Both the position numbers and the translations under genes were made by a program. From Octopus sinensis (Eukaryota), in contig NW_021832008.1 in NCBI RefSeq assembly GCF_006345805.1, positions 1 through 63,239 on the forward strand: 63,239 nt of DNA, written 5' to 3'. The notes under the pieces were generated by a model. That model searched no databases. It worked only from the letters and a program-made list of their open reading frames with translations, and was not told the origin of the DNA. How positions within the stretch are numbered: position 1 is the first letter of the stretch; the number at the start of each line of letters is the position of its first letter. This document shows, piece by piece, positions 1-14,100 of this stretch.

Positions 1-1965
1 ACTTTAAAGACATCCGCATCTACACCATGCAGGTCCCTCAGGTTCTTCGGGGAACATTGAAGAGCCGTGGGCCTCTGAAGCCCAGGCTATCACAATATCT
101 TGTCCTACATCTTGATGGCAAATTTGGAGTCCTTGGTACTACGTAGTGGCGTCCGGTTCTGGCGTTTGTGTGACTCTCGATTCCAAAGTATGGCATATCT
201 TTCTCGCCTACGCTCCAGGGAATAGAGCTTTTATCTCTTGAGTCTCTCCCAGTAGCTCGTATGCTGCACAGAGGCTATCTTCTTCGTGTAGCTTCGTTGG
301 ATCGCCTCAAGTTCTGTGATCAACTTGACACTGGATGGTGACCATAGCTGAGAGCAATAGTCAAAGTGGCTTAGGACAAGTGTCTTCCAGAGGACCATCA
401 TGGTTTCTTGTTCTCTTGTTCTAAAGGTTCTAAGAATCCGTCCAGCCAGCCGTCTGCATTCCATTGTCAATTTAGCAACATGTACATGAAAGGTCGCGTC
501 ATCACTCATGTGAATACCCAGGTCACGCACTGATTGTGCCTCTGGGATTGCAATCCCTCCGGGTCCAGTGTATTCATTGGGTATTGCATTCAGTTTTGCA
601 TGCGGATAGTATAAAGCTTGAAACTTTTCAGCATTGAACTGCATGCTATTCTTTTAAGCCCACTTGTATATTTCGTCCAGCTCACATTGCAGGTGCTTAG
701 TGTCTTCAGGGTTCTGTATTGCCTGTGAAACTTTTGTATCATCTGCATAACTTGTGATCGTGGCTCTCCGTGTGGCTGAGGGCATGTCTGAGAGGGCCAT
801 TATGAACAGTAGTGGTCCCAAAACAGTGCCCTGTGGAACACCGCTCACTATTTGCGTGCTAATGGAAGTGGCTGCTACCACCTGACTTCTATTCTTCAGA
901 AAGTCATGAAGCCATTCTCCTAGTTTTCCAACTATGCCAAGATCACGCAGTTTGTGACATATCATTCCATGATCGACTTTATCGAAGGCCTTTGCGAAGT
1001 CGAGATATATGACTTCCACATTTGAGTGGTTGAGCAGTTGTTTCAGCACCCAGTCATAGTGCTGCAGGAGCTGAGTTAAGCAGCTTCTTCCTGGTCGGAA
1101 ACCATGTTGGGTGTCGGGCAGCAAGTCATTTTCTTCTTCAAGGAAGGTGATTAGTTTCCTTCTGACTATTCATTCCATGACCTTGCTGATGTGTGAGGTC
1201 AGAGAGATAGGTCTGTAGTTCTTTGCCTCTCCGCTCTGCTACCTCCTTTATGAATAGGGCATATTTTACCTTCCTTCAGTTTTCTGGAAGTTTGCCAGCT
1301 GCAAGGAAGCTCTGAAAGAGGAACTGCAGTGGTCTTGCTAGGACTCTCTTACATACTTTTAGGAGGATTGCCGGGAATCCATCGGGGCCAATAGCTGAGT
1401 CTGTTTTCATTTCATCTATAGCCTTTATTACATCGTCTTCCTTTATATCGATGTAATTTATCGTCGCCGCCTCTGATTCTATATCTGCAGTGGTAAAGAA
1501 GTCAGTTGGACTGCTGATTTGGAAATGCCCAAGGGGTGGAGTGAAAACACTCTTGAATTGTTCATTCAGTATTTCACTTACCCTCATTGGTTTTCCTGTG
1601 AGTGTGCCATCCTTTTCAAGGAGTGGCCCTATCCTACAGTGCACCGTAGCTGTTTCTTTGGCATACCTGTAGAAAGCTCTGGGGTTAGTTTTTATGTTGT
1701 CTATAGCCCAGGCTTCTTTGTCTGCTCTGTCCTTCTCATGGGAGAGTTGCAGACAATTTTCAACTTCCAACAGTTTTATTTTCAGGCGGGACTTTTCACT
1801 GCTTTCAATTTGTTTGTTTAGGCGATTTGAAATGCTTTTCTTTGGCCCGTACATGGTCAGCTCTACCATGTTGTGATCCGAGAGTAGTGTGGGTGCCACT
1901 TTCACATTATGGATGAGATCCATATTATTTGTGAAGCAGAGATCCAGTATGTTACCTGCCCTGGT
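1..1965 (-). mobile_element. CR1/L2-group LINE ORF2 remnant (RT), frameshifted
   Basis: ORFs 1276-1923, 654-1124 and 231-644 give GPDG, QHGFRPGRSCLTQL, YLDFAKAFDKVDH, GVPQGTVLGP, YADDTK and the C-terminal LVLSHFDYCSQLWSP motifs; broken by stops and frameshifts. Confidence 0.9.
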
Positions 1966-2104
1966 TTGTTGTAATTATGTTGTTCGGATTATCTTCGGCG
2001 GCGCATCACCAGGCTCTCAGCAACAACGCCAATTCCATGCTCCTCCAGGTTCTGGACATTTTTGGATATTTTATTTATTTATCTAATTACATTTAAAATT
2101 TAAA

Positions 2105-2640
2105 AGTGTGATAGAGGGTAGAGAAGATTTAGAGAAAGAAAGTGTCTATGTATTTAGAGAGATTGAGAGCTGAGAGAAGATAAGAAGAGAGTAAAAGTGA
2201 GTGAGAGGAGAAAGTTCGCGTCTATATATTTAGAAAGATTGAGAGACTGAGAGAGAAAAGATGGTGTGACAGAGAGAAGTGGAGAAGTGAAGAGACATAG
2301 AAAGATGCGTGAGGGAGAGAAGTGAAGAGACAGAGAGAGAAAGAAGTGAAAGAGAGGAGGTTATGCAAAAGATTGAGCGGCTGAGAGAAGATAAGAAGAA
2401 AGTGAGAGAGAGTCTATATATTTGGGAAGATTGAGAGGCTGAGAGAAGAAAGGTGGTGTGATAGAGAAAGAGATGAAAGAGAGGAAGTGATGCAAAAGAT
2501 TGAGCGGCTGAGAGAAGATAAGAAGAAAGTGAGTGTCTATAGATATAGGAAGATTGAGCGGCTGAGAGAAGAAAGATGGTGTGATAGAGAGAAGTGAAGA
2601 GACAGAGAGAAAAAGAAAAGGAAGAGAGGAGGTTATGCAA
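2105..2640 (+). repeat. Purine-rich degenerate minisatellite
   Basis: Recurring GATTGAGCGGCTGAGAGAAGA / GAGAAGTGAAGAGACA blocks. Confidence 0.7.
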
Positions 2641-2689
2641 CAAATAATTATATATCTATCTGCCGCTACGAAGATTTCTTCTCAGCTAA

Positions 2690-2892
2690 TATGCATATAT
2701 ACATATATATATATATATACATATATATATACACATATATATATATACACATATATATATACACATATATCTATATACATATATATACGTATATATATAT
2801 ACATATATCTATAAACATATATATACGTATATATATACATATATATATATACACATATATATCCATATATATCCATATATATATATACATAT

Positions 2893-2927
<35 letters not shown>

Positions 2928-3190
2928 CGTATATATAATATACATATATATATCCGTATATACATATATACATACATATATATATATACATATATTATGA
3001 TGATGATGATGATGATGATGATATATACATATATATATATATATACATATATATCCATATATACATATACATATATACATATATATCCATATATACATAT
3101 ATCCATATATATATATACATATATATATAATACATATATACATATATATATATATACATATACATATATATATATATAATACATATATAC

Positions 3191-3228
<38 letters not shown>

Positions 3229-3258
3229 CATATATATATATATATATATAATACATAT
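2690..3258. repeat. (TA/CA)n compound microsatellite with an internal (ATG)n tract
   Basis: Direct reading; source of the spurious YIYI ORFs. Confidence 0.95.
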
Positions 3259-6200
3259 AGGCCACCCCGCACATGCTCTCTCATTCACCTAGCAGCTATA
3301 TTCCTGAGTACAGATAAGGTGAAAACTTATTTTCACTTCTCAAAGTCCTCGCTCTCTCCTCTATCAACCTTTTTCACTTCTCGAAGCCCTCGCACTCTCG
3401 TCTATCAACCTTCGCGTATTCCGTTATTAATTTTTGCCCGTTCAAGTCCTCGCTCTCTCGTCTATCAACCTTCGCCATCTTGAAGTCTGTTTCTTTAGTA
3501 CACTTCCGCCTTGTCGAAAAATTCCCCTTCCGGTCGTCAACTTATACTTAGAAGGCCACCCCGCATATGGTCTCTCATTCACCTAGCAGCTATAATCCTG
3601 AGTACAGATAAGTTGAAAACTTATTTTCACTTCTCGAAGTCCTCGCTCTCTCGTCTATCAACCTTTTTCACTTCTCGAAGTCTTCGCTCTCTCGTCTATC
3701 AACCTTTTTCACTTCTCGAAGTCCTCGCTCTCTCGTCTATCAACCTTTTTCACTTCTCGAAGCCCTCGCTCTCTCGTCTATCAACCTTCGCGTATTCCTT
3801 TATTAATTTTTGCCCGTTCAAGTCCTCGCTCTCTCATCTATCAGCCATCGCCATCTTGAAGTTTGTTTTTTTAGTACACTTCCGCCTTGTCCAAAAATTC
3901 CCCTTCCGGTCGTCAACTTATACTTAAAAGGCCACCCCACACGTGCTCTCTCATTCACCTTGCAGCTATATTCCTGAGTACAGATAAGTTGAAAACTTAT
4001 TTTCACTTCTCGAAGTCCTCGCTCTCTCGTCTATCAACCTTTTTCACTTCTTGAAGCCCTCGCTCTCTCGTCTATCAACCTTTTTCACTTCTCGAAGTCC
4101 TCGCTCTCTCGTCTATCAACCTTTTTCACTTCTTGAAGCCCTCGCTCTCTCATCTATCAACCTTCGCGTATTCCTTTATTAATTTTTGCCCGTTCAAGTC
4201 CTCGCTCTCTCGTCTATCAACCTTCGCCATCTTGAAGTCTGTTTCTTTAGTACACTTCCGCTTTGTCTAAAAATTCCCCTTCCGGTCGTCAACTTATACT
4301 TAAAAGGCTACCCCGCACATGCTCTCTCATTCACCTAGCAGTTATATTCCTGAGTACAGATAAGTTGAAAACTTATTTTCACTTCTCGAAGTCCTTGCTC
4401 TCTCGTCTATCAACCTTTTTCACTTCTCGAAGCCCTCGCTCTCTCGTCTATCAACCTTCGCGTATTCCTTTATTAATTTTTTGCCCGTTCAAGTCCTCGC
4501 TCTCTCGTCTATCAACCGTCGCCATCTTGAAGTCTGTTTCTTTAGTACACTTCCGCCTTGTCCAAAAATTCCCCTTCCGGTATTAAACTTATACTTAAAA
4601 GGCCACCCTGCACGTGCTCTCTCATTCACCTAGCAGCTATATTCCTGAGTACAGATAAGTTGAAAACTTATTTTCACTTCTCGAAGTCCTCGCTCTCTCG
4701 TCTATTAACCTTTTTCATTTCTCGAAGCCCTCGCTCTCTCGTCTATCAACCTTCGCGTATTCCTTTATTAATTTTTGCCCGTTCAAGTCCTCGCTCTCTC
4801 GTCTATCAACCTTCGCCATCTTGAAGTCTTTTTCTTTAGTACACTTCCGCCTTGTCCAAAAATTCCCCTTCCGGTCGTCAACTTATACTTAAAAGGACAC
4901 CCTGCACGTGCTCTCTCATTCACCTAGAAGCTATATTCCTGAGTACAGATAAGTTGAAAACTTATTTTCACTTCTCGAAGTCCTCGCTCTCTCGTCTATC
5001 AACCTTTTTCACTTCTCGAAGCCCTCGCTCTCTCGTCTATCAACCTTCGCGTATTCCTTTATCAATTTTTGCCCGTTCAAGTCCTCGCTCTCTCGTCTAT
5101 CAACCTTCACCATCTTGAAGTCTGTTTCTTTAGTACACTTCCGCCTTGTCCAAAAATTCCCTTTCCGTTCGTCAACATATACTTAAAAGGCCACCCCGCA
5201 CATGCTCTCTCATTCACCTAGCAGCTATATTCCTGAGTACAGATAAGTTGAAAACTTATTTTCACTTCTCGAAGTCCTCGCTCTCTCGTCTATCAACATT
5301 TTTCACTTCTCGAAGTCCTCGCTCTCTCGTCTATCAACCTTTTTCACTTCTCTAAGTCCTCGCTCCCTCGTCTATCAACCTTTTTCACTTCTTGAAGCCC
5401 TCGCTCTCTCGTCTATCAACCTTCGCGTATTCCTTTATTAATTTTTGCCCGTTCAAGTCCTCGCTCTCTCGTCTATCAACCTTCGCCATCTTGAAGTCTT
5501 TTTCTTTAGTACACTTCCGCCTTGTCCAAAAATTCCCCTTCCGATCGTCAACTTATACTTAAATGGCCACCCCGCACGTGCTCTCACATTCACCTAGCAG
5601 CTATATTCCTGAGTACAGATAAGTTGAAAGTTTATTTTCACTTCTCGAAGTCCTCGCTCTCTCGTCTTTCAACCTTTTTCACTTCTTGAAGCCCTCGCTC
5701 TCTCGTCTATCAACCTTCGTGTATTCCTTTATTAATTTTTGCCCGTTCAAGTCCTCGCTCTCTCGTCTATCAACCTTCGCCATCTTGAAGTCTGTTTTTT
5801 TAGTACACTTCCGCCTTGTCCAAAAATTCCCCTTCCGGTCGTCAACTTATACTTAAAAGGACACCCCGCACGTGCTCTCTCATTCACCTAGCAGCTATAT
5901 TCCTGAGTACAGATAAGTTGAAAACTTATTTTCACTTCTCGAAGTCCTCGCTCTCTCGTCTATCAACCTTTTTCACTTCTTGAAGCCCTCGCTCTCTCAT
6001 CTATCAACCTTCACGTATTCCTTTATTAATTTTTGCCCGTTCAAGTCCTCGCTCTCTCGTCTATCAACCTTCGCCATCTTGAAGTCTGTTTCTTTAGTAC
6101 ACTTCCGCCTTGTCCAAAAATTCCCTTTCCGTTCGTCAACATATACTTAAAAGGCCACCCCGCACATGCTCTCTCATTCACCTAGCAGCTATATTCCTGA

Positions 6201-6901
6201 GTACAGATAAGTTGAAAACTTATTTTCACTTCTCGAAGTCCTCGCTCTCTCGTCTATCAACCTTTTTCACTTCTCGAAGCCCTCGCTCTCTCGTCTATCA
6301 ACCTTCGCGTATTCCTTTATTAATTTTTACCTGTTCAAGTCCTCGCTCTCTCGTCTATCAACCTTCGCCATCTTGAAGTCTGTTTCTTTAGTACACTTCC
6401 GCCTTGTCCAAAAATTCCCCTTCCGTTCGTCAACTTATACTTAAAAGGCCACCCCGCACGTGCTCTCTCATTCACCTAGCAGCTATATTCCTGAGTACAG
6501 ATAAGTTGAAAACTTATTTTCACTTCTCGAAGTCCTCGCTCTCTCGTCTATCAACATTTTTCACTTCTTGAAGCCCTCGCTCTCTCGTCTATCAACCTTC
6601 GCGTATTCCTTTATTAATTTTTGCCCGTTCAAGTCCTCGCTCTCTCGTCTATCAACCTTCGCCATCTTGAAGCCTGTTTCTTTAGTACACTTCCGCCTTG
6701 TCCAAAAATTCCCCTTCCGGTCGTCAACTTATACTTAAATGGCCACCCCGCACGTGCTCTCACATTCACCTAGCAGCTATATTCCTGAGTACAGATAAGT
6801 TGAAAACTTATTTTCACTTCTTGAAGTCCTCGCTCTCTCGTCTTTCAACCTTTTTCACTTCTCGAAGCCCTCGCTCTCTCGTCTATCAACCTTCGCGTAT
6901 T
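3259..6901. repeat. Tandem satellite, 294-bp unit with 376-bp variants carrying two extra 41-bp subrepeats
   Basis: Marker TTGTC(C/G/T)AAAAATT at 3511, 3887, 4263, 4558, 4852, 5146, 5522, 5816, 6110, 6404, 6698 (spacings 376,376,295,294,294,376,294,294,294,294); subrepeat CACTTCTCGAAGTCCTCGCTCTCTCGTCTATCAACCTTTTT. Confidence 0.95.
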
Positions 6902-7154
6902 CGCGGTGCACCTGTCCTTGCCCACCCCCACCACCAATACCGGATATCTCTATATTTTTGCTCCATCTATACCGGATGTCGCTTCTCCCACCACCATTAT
7001 AGGTGTCTACTCTTCGAACCCCCCTCTTCAATACGCTATTTCACCATGCATTACCCCTCTCGTGATATCCTACGTTCTACTTGTCCAGAACCTGTCATCG
7101 TTTCTCCAAACACCTCTCCCCACTGGTGCTCCCCAATATTTCTGCACCCCCCCT

Positions 7155-7285
7155 CATCCAGCTGTAGAAACACTGCCAGACCAGACTGGAACCTGGGGCA
7201 GCCCCTGGCTCCCCAGACCCCAGTCGAAACCATCCAATCCGTGCTAGCGCGGAAAACGGACGTTAAACGATGATGATGATGATGA
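7155..7285 (+). mobile_element. RTE-family 3' terminal fragment with (ATG)n tail
   Basis: CCAGCTGTAGAAACACTGCCAGA...GGACGTTAAACGATGATGATG, the same terminus as the RT-bearing copy at 36928-38710. Confidence 0.8.
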
Positions 7286-7484
7286 TATATATATCCATAT
7301 ATACATATATATACATATTTATATATGCATACATACATAAATATATATACATACATACACATATATATACATGTATATATATACATATATGTATATACAT
7401 ATATATATGCATATATACATAAATATATATACATATATACACATATATATACATGTATATATATATATATATGTATATACATAG

Positions 7485-7750
7485 CCTTTAAAAACCCACT
7501 TTGCTCTGTTTTCGTAAACATCCGCCTTTCACCATGTGCAACTCGTAAACACCAGTCGTCTTTTTTCTCTTTCCCTGTTGCCCGCTCTGGGATCTTTCTT
7601 TCCTCTCTCTTCCTTCTTTATGTTTCCGACGAAGAGCTCCGCTCGAAACGTCATACCTCCCTGCTTCCATTTCCTGAGCGTCTATTAATAATAATACTGT
7701 AATTGTTCCATTGTTGTTGTTTTTTTGTTTCCCGTTTGGATTAAAATTAT
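7485..7750 (+). mobile_element. Penelope pLTR-like fragment between TA tracts
   Basis: Carries a minimal hammerhead motif; related to 57120-57325 on the minus strand. Confidence 0.55.
7622..7656 (+). ncRNA. Minimal type I hammerhead ribozyme motif (CCGA core variant)
   Basis: gttt-CCGACGA-a-gag ctccg ctc-GAAA-CG-TC-atac. Confidence 0.55.
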
Positions 7751-8027
7751 ATATATACATATATATATATACATAAATATATATACATATATACATATAT
7801 ATATATACATATATGTATATACATAAATATATATACATATATACATATATATATATACATATATGTATATACATATATATATACATACATATATACATGT
7901 ATACATATATATATACATATATATAATATATATACACACACACATATACACATATATATACATATACACACACATATATATATATATATACATATATACA
8001 CATATATATACACACACATATATATAC

Positions 8028-8087
<60 letters not shown>

Positions 8088-8255
8088 TGGACACTTGTCC
8101 TAAGCCACCTTGACTGTTGCTCATAGCTATGGTCACCAACCAGTATCAAATTAACCTCAGAACTTGAGGCAATCCAACGAAGCTACACGAAGAAAATAGC
8201 CTCTATGCAGCATGTAAGTTATTGGGAAAGACTCAAGAAATTAAGACTCTATTCC
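8088..8255 (+). mobile_element. Short CR1/L2 RT C-terminal fragment
   Basis: Translates [15 protein letters not shown]...[26 protein letters not shown], paralogous to ORF 231-644. Confidence 0.85.
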
Positions 8256-8500
8256 TGCTGGTCCAGGAGTTAGATGGTAAATGCTTTTATTTTTCATACC
8301 CTTTGAAATTTTATGCGTAATAGTGGTTTGGAATTTAACTGTCCTCTCTAGCATGCAAGGACTCCTATGATGGATGCCTCTTGTGTGTTAAAATGTACAC
8401 TGTATTTGTATGAATAATATATAGTCTATTGACTAAATTTTCACATGCTAGGCCACTGGTAATAGAAATTTTAAATATTTCTAATTACCCTTTGATATTA

Positions 8501-8547
<47 letters not shown>

Positions 8548-8692
8548 TACATACATAATTCATTTAGGCATTGCAGGAATAATAACCTGGTGTAGAAGTC
8601 AATATACATATGTTTCAAAAAGTGTTAGCCAAGTATAGAGCAGTAATAAGAAAGAGAGAAAGGAATAAATGATTATCTCATGAACTTCATTA

Positions 8693-8764
8693 TCTTACAG
8701 CTGTTTCTGCTATAAGATGCTGTGGACTTATAGTTGAGTGCCTAAATAACACCTTCATTAGAGA
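8693..8764 (-). ncRNA. Degenerate hammerhead ribozyme motif
   Basis: tct-CTAATGA...GAAA-CAGCTG-TA-aga; core G5 mutated. Confidence 0.45.
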
Positions 8765-9400
8765 CTTGAATATGATGTGTTATTTATTTGTGAAACAATT
8801 ACATTTCTCCCTATGCAGGGAGTGGCATCAACAATGAGAATGTCGATATAGACGTACACCCAAAAGGTAATTAGATGTATTAGTGGAAATATATGTATAT
8901 ATATATATATATGTATGTACATACTCTGAGGCACCTGCAGATATAGAAAGACATACACATGCAAAACACAATTTGCAAACACACACAGACAAGCACATAT
9001 TCTATATTGGTTTGACTAATTTTGTTTGGCATTCAGCTTGGCTATCTGCCACAGATGATATGTGGTACAGTGAAATCACATGATGCAGTAGGACCATCTG
9101 CTGATATATTGATGAAAATTTGTCAATCAATAACAGAATTCCGATGCTTTTTAGCAATTATCATCTACATGAAATGATTTTTGCACGATGTTTATAACAG
9201 TTCAGGGCATTATAAACAACACATCCATGTTAGATTGGATGTGCTAATTAATATCCATTAAAAAAATTCCTCCTGTTGTTAATAGCTAAGTTTATTGTAA
9301 TTTCTTACATTTAGCAGTAGCTAAACCACTATACTGAAAGCAAGGTGAAGGATAATCTATGTGGACAGAAGTAGTCATACATCTATTTGTATGCACAAAG

Positions 9401-9479
<79 letters not shown>

Positions 9480-10059
9480 TAGATATTAGATAATAAAATG
9501 AATGGTTTATACTTGGTAGCTTACTAGTAAAGCAGTCACTTTCACAGTGTTCATTATGTATCTGGTTAATCAGAGGTAGAAGATGGAAGATACCAAGTAG
9601 CTTTTAACTCACTATGTGAATGTATGTGCACCAAATCACATGTGTATGTATGCTTACATCTTCGAGGTTGTTTGTATGAGTGAGTGTACATGCATTATAC
9701 AAGCTACATGGCATTTATACATCCATATTCATTAAGGGTTACATTTAATACTTTTTCGCTGTACTGTGTGTTTGTTTTTTTTGTTATTTTATTATTGATC
9801 TTCTATATAAATGAAACTATATCCTTTAATTTGCTGCTTTGCTTCACAAGAACTGAGAAGACACACTGCGGAACTGCTATTTTGATGATTCGATGAGTTA
9901 TATCTGTTTATCATCTAAAGAGACACATCTGCACCATCAGATGCTCCTGAATCAGTCATTAAGTATCCCACCTATGAGGGATCAATGCTAGATGTGTGGA
10001 AACAATTTTAGTGATTAACAAAAACTCTCATATCTTCCATCTTCTGTCTCTGATCAACT

Positions 10060-10109
<50 letters not shown>

Positions 10110-10187
10110 ATAAATATTAGGGAATAAATCCAAATTTACAGGGAAAAAAATCAGATTTAGGATTAAATCCAATTTTATAGTAAAATA

Positions 10188-10368
10188 TTATAAAATATTA
10201 TTAGAGACAAAACCACTATTTTGCAAAACAAACAAGGAAAGACTTAATCAATACATAAAATTTTAATAAATAGTCAAAAAAAACTATTTATTAAAATTTT
10301 ATGTATTGATTAAGTCTTTCCTTGTTTGTTTTGCAAAATAGTGGTTTTGTCTCTAATAATATTTTATA
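10188..10368. repeat. Near-perfect palindrome with ~86-bp arms and a short loop
   Basis: 10188-10274 is the reverse complement of 10283-10368; flanked by (TA)n. Confidence 0.9.
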
Positions 10369-10750
10369 TATATATATATATTTTCCACCTTTAATCAGGT
10401 GTAACCTCCCTCCATACTTGTGGTTGCTTTAATTTTTCCTCTTAAATACTACACAATTTTTTACTATTTCCCCAGCCATTTTTCTACCTCTTCACCCTCT
10501 CTCAACTTATCACATTCACATCCCACAATGCTCACCACCAGCCTTCCGCCTGCACCTCACACCACTATGCCCTTTCCCCTCTGCCCATCTCCCTACACAG
10601 AGACTCTCCTTTATATGCACATAACTCCTCACCTCTTTCACTCTTCTTAACACATCACCATAAAACTGCATTCCAACCAAGCCCCTAAGCCCCACATTTT
10701 TTCATCCTCCTCCCTCTTTTCCACCACCTGTCTCGTTTTTCCTTCCTCTT

Positions 10751-10787
10751 TTTTCTGATGAATGACCCTATGTCCAAAATGTCAAAG
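10751..10787 (+). ncRNA. Decayed hammerhead motif
   Basis: ttt-CTGATGA-at-gac cctat gtc-cAAAATG-TC-aaa; CGAAACG changed to CAAAATG, consistent with CpG decay. Confidence 0.35.
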
Positions 10788-10872
10788 TCCCTTCTCTTTT
10801 TCCTTTTCATTCATAAAACTAATAACAGCATTTTGGAAATGTATGCCCTTTGCTGTGCTTTTTCTTGTCGTT

Positions 10873-10903
<31 letters not shown>

Positions 10904-11124
10904 TATTTCTTTATTCACCATAAGGTTGAGAAAAAGAGGGGACAAAACAAACGTTGGGGTCAGGGTATCGAATGAGACGAAACATATGAATAAACAAACA
11001 ATTAAAATATATACAATTAAATGAGAATGAGTGATTAACAAAAAATGAAGCGGAGGACGCGGTCGACCCCACAAACCACATACTCACACTGAAGACTTTG
11101 CTTTATCCTTTTTTACGTTCTCGA

Positions 11125-14100
11125 TTAAACAGGTTCTTTCACTTGCAACATACTTGCTATAGACTTCCATCTTTTACGAAACACACTTTGCGACAGGCAT
11201 TTCTTCTCCAGCCTTATTTTCTGTTTTATGTGGAAAACGAAAAAGTCGATTAGCTCGAGACTGGAGATGAACATGCCTGTTGCAATTCCTTTTACTCTCG
11301 TCTTCCACACTACTTCTTTCGCCATAGCAACTACCGAAAGAAAACAGGCTCGCTCCTCCCTATTCAGGAAGGTCGGCGGAACTATCTTAATTACAGATTC
11401 GCTCGACAGTTGTACTCTTCTCGAATGCGACAGCAGGTGTTCGACATAAGTCCAGAGTTCAGTCACCTTGGGGCATTGCACAATCACGTGCAGGACAGTT
11501 TCACTGTCCCTCTTACATCTTGCACAAACCGGCGAAGTTGCACACCCATGTCTAAAGAGCTTATCTCGAACCGGTAAAGCTCCTCTGTAACATTGCCAGG
11601 CCAGGGACTTTTGGTAATTATCCACAGGCCCCGGACCGAATGTTCTTTGGAACAGGCTGGCCAGTTGATTTTCGTCGAAGCCCAGAGTTTCTCCTAGGAC
11701 GTCGTCACACTTAAACTCTACTAACCCTCTATAGAAGAACGCGGTAGTAGCTCCGCCACCGGCGTTGCCCGACTGGGAGAGAAGCACGAGTGCCTGATAG
11801 CACTCTGCATGCCACATGCCCAACCTCGGTCTACACTTGATCCATGGGTTCAGTTCGTTAAACGATGTGAACTGTGGAAATAACAGCTTGACAAACGGAG
11901 ACCACACCTGCTCACCGTCCAGGTAAATCCAGAGGTGCCTAAGCCTGAGCGCATGTCTGCGCATTTTTAGCCACGGCATCCCTAACCCACCGTTCAGCGG
12001 CTTTTGGCAGCAAATAGAGCGCCTTACAAGAGGTCTGCTGCCCTTCCACAAAAAGCGAAAGAGCATGCGTTCCAGTTTGTTCAGCCACGAATCGGGGCAA
12101 GGCACTACGGTTAGGCAGTAAGTGATTACAGAGGCGATAAACACTTCTGCAACCTCCGCCCTCCCTTTCAAGGACAGCTTCCACTCAGACCATGTCTGAG
12201 TTAGGAGAGCCACCTTTCTCGCCACCTCACTCCAGTTCTCCTCTATCTGGAGATCTGGACCTAACCAGATCCCAAGCATTTTCACCGGTCCTTCCATCCA
12301 ACGTCCTACAACGCTGTCGGAAGACATCGACTTGCCCCTCCAGGTGCCAAGTTGCAAGCCGACCGATTTATCCCGGTTGACTTTCGCTCCTGCCACCGCT
12401 TCGTAGTCCCTTAAGGCCTCACCCACCCACTGTAGGTACTCGACTCGGGAAACGATGACGGTGATGTCGTCCGCATACGCCGAAGCTGACTTTCCGCACC
12501 CTAGATCTTGCGGCATGCCTCTCATAGTTTCCAACCTCCTCAGCAACGGCTCGAGGGCCAAAACGTAGAGAAGCGGGGAGAGAGGACACCCTTGACGTAC
12601 CGAACGTTCAATGCTGAACGGCTCCGAAAGGAAACCATTTACCCGAACTACCGATTCGATGTTGCTGCATAAAGCGATGATCCATCCACGGAAGGTCGGG
12701 CCGAAGCCAGCCGCCGCGGGGACCGCCGCCAGATACTGATGGTCCACCCTATCAAACGCTTTCGATTGGTCCAAGTGGACCATAGCCCCACCCTTGCCAG
12801 GAATCCTATTTACCCTTTCTAAGGCATAGCGTAGAAAGTGGAGATTGTCGTGGATGGTCCTTCCAGGGATGGCGCAAGTTTGCGCCTCGCCAACAAGTTC
12901 ACCCACGACCCTCGTCAACCTTTTTGCTAAGACCTTGGCCAAGATCTTCAACTCTGCGTTAAGCAGAGTGATAGGCCGGAAATTATCAATTAAATCCCCC
13001 CTTGTTTGGTTCCTTTCTTAACAGCGCTACCACCCCTCGGCTCACAGACTTAAGAATTCTCCCGTTCTGCTGCCAGTTGGTGTACACGCATGCAAGTAGG
13101 TGCCCAAACAAGTCTGGCATGCTACTATAGAGTTCGTAAGGCAGACCATCGAGTCCCGGCGATTTGTCCCCGCCACAGTCTGCCAACATATCCTCGACTT
13201 CTTTGGCTGTGATCGGCGCCTCACAAGATTCCGCGTCCGGCCTCGATAGACGCGGCAAACCGGCTAGGAAGTCTGCGAGCTTCTCCCCGCGCTCCAGCTC
13301 GCCGCTCCTCCCGAATAGCTGGGCGAAATGATCATGAAACACCTTGCACATCTTCTCGGGTTCGTTTACTAATCGACCATTTGGTCCCGTCAAGGATTGA
13401 ATGGTTGAGTTGTTGCCACGCTGGCCCTCTACCACCCAGGCCCATCCGGCTGCGTTGATCCCTTCCTGTCTCATTGCACGGATCTTAGCCCTGACAATGC
13501 ACCCTTCATGTTTAGCTTTGAGATGTTGGTCTAGTGCTAACCTCGCCGCTAACACTTTCGATGCACTGCCTGACCTCATTGCCTCCTCTATTGCCTTAAC
13601 TAGTTCCTTTTCTACTTTGTTTCTAGCACTAGCTAGTTCTTTGCTAATCCTAATTGACTCAAATTTGATGGCTCTTTTCAGGGCGTACCACCATTTATTG
13701 TTGATAATGGATCCGGTTAACGCCCTCATTACTAATTGTTTAATCCGATTCCTGTAGGCTTCACAGTCCAATAGTGACTTGTTTAGCTTCCAGTAACCGG
13801 TACCTTGTCTACACATGCTATCTATGTCGAGCGTACAGGTCACTAATTTGTGATCGCTGTAGCTGACGATATGGTGTTGTGGACAGCTAAGTATTTTCTT
13901 ATCTTTCCTTCTAGTTATGATTCTATCGATATAAGATCTGGACGACCCATCGTTTCTTGCCCAGGTCCACGCTGGAGTGTCTGGATGGTCCAGTCTGAAT
14001 CTATCTGCCAATTCGAAACGACTTAGCATATCGTTGAGGTGAGGTAATCCCCTCGTATTCTTTCTTGAGCCAACATAATCTATGCTTGCATCGCAAATTA

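Noticed and set aside
3597-3630. Hammerhead in the 294-bp satellite (CTGAGTA...GAAA)
   Set aside because: Core lacks G8, and the GAAA lies in a hairpin loop rather than after stem II
3259-6901. CRISPR-like appearance of the 41-bp repeats and repeated MSKNSP ORFs
   Set aside because: Intervening sequences are themselves repeated rather than unique spacers; no cas genes; eukaryotic context; the ORFs start at TTG and vary by frameshift
9926-9990. Possible terminal exon on the minus strand (VGYLMTDSGASDGADVSL*)
   Set aside because: Only an AG and a short frame; no partner exons or recognisable homology
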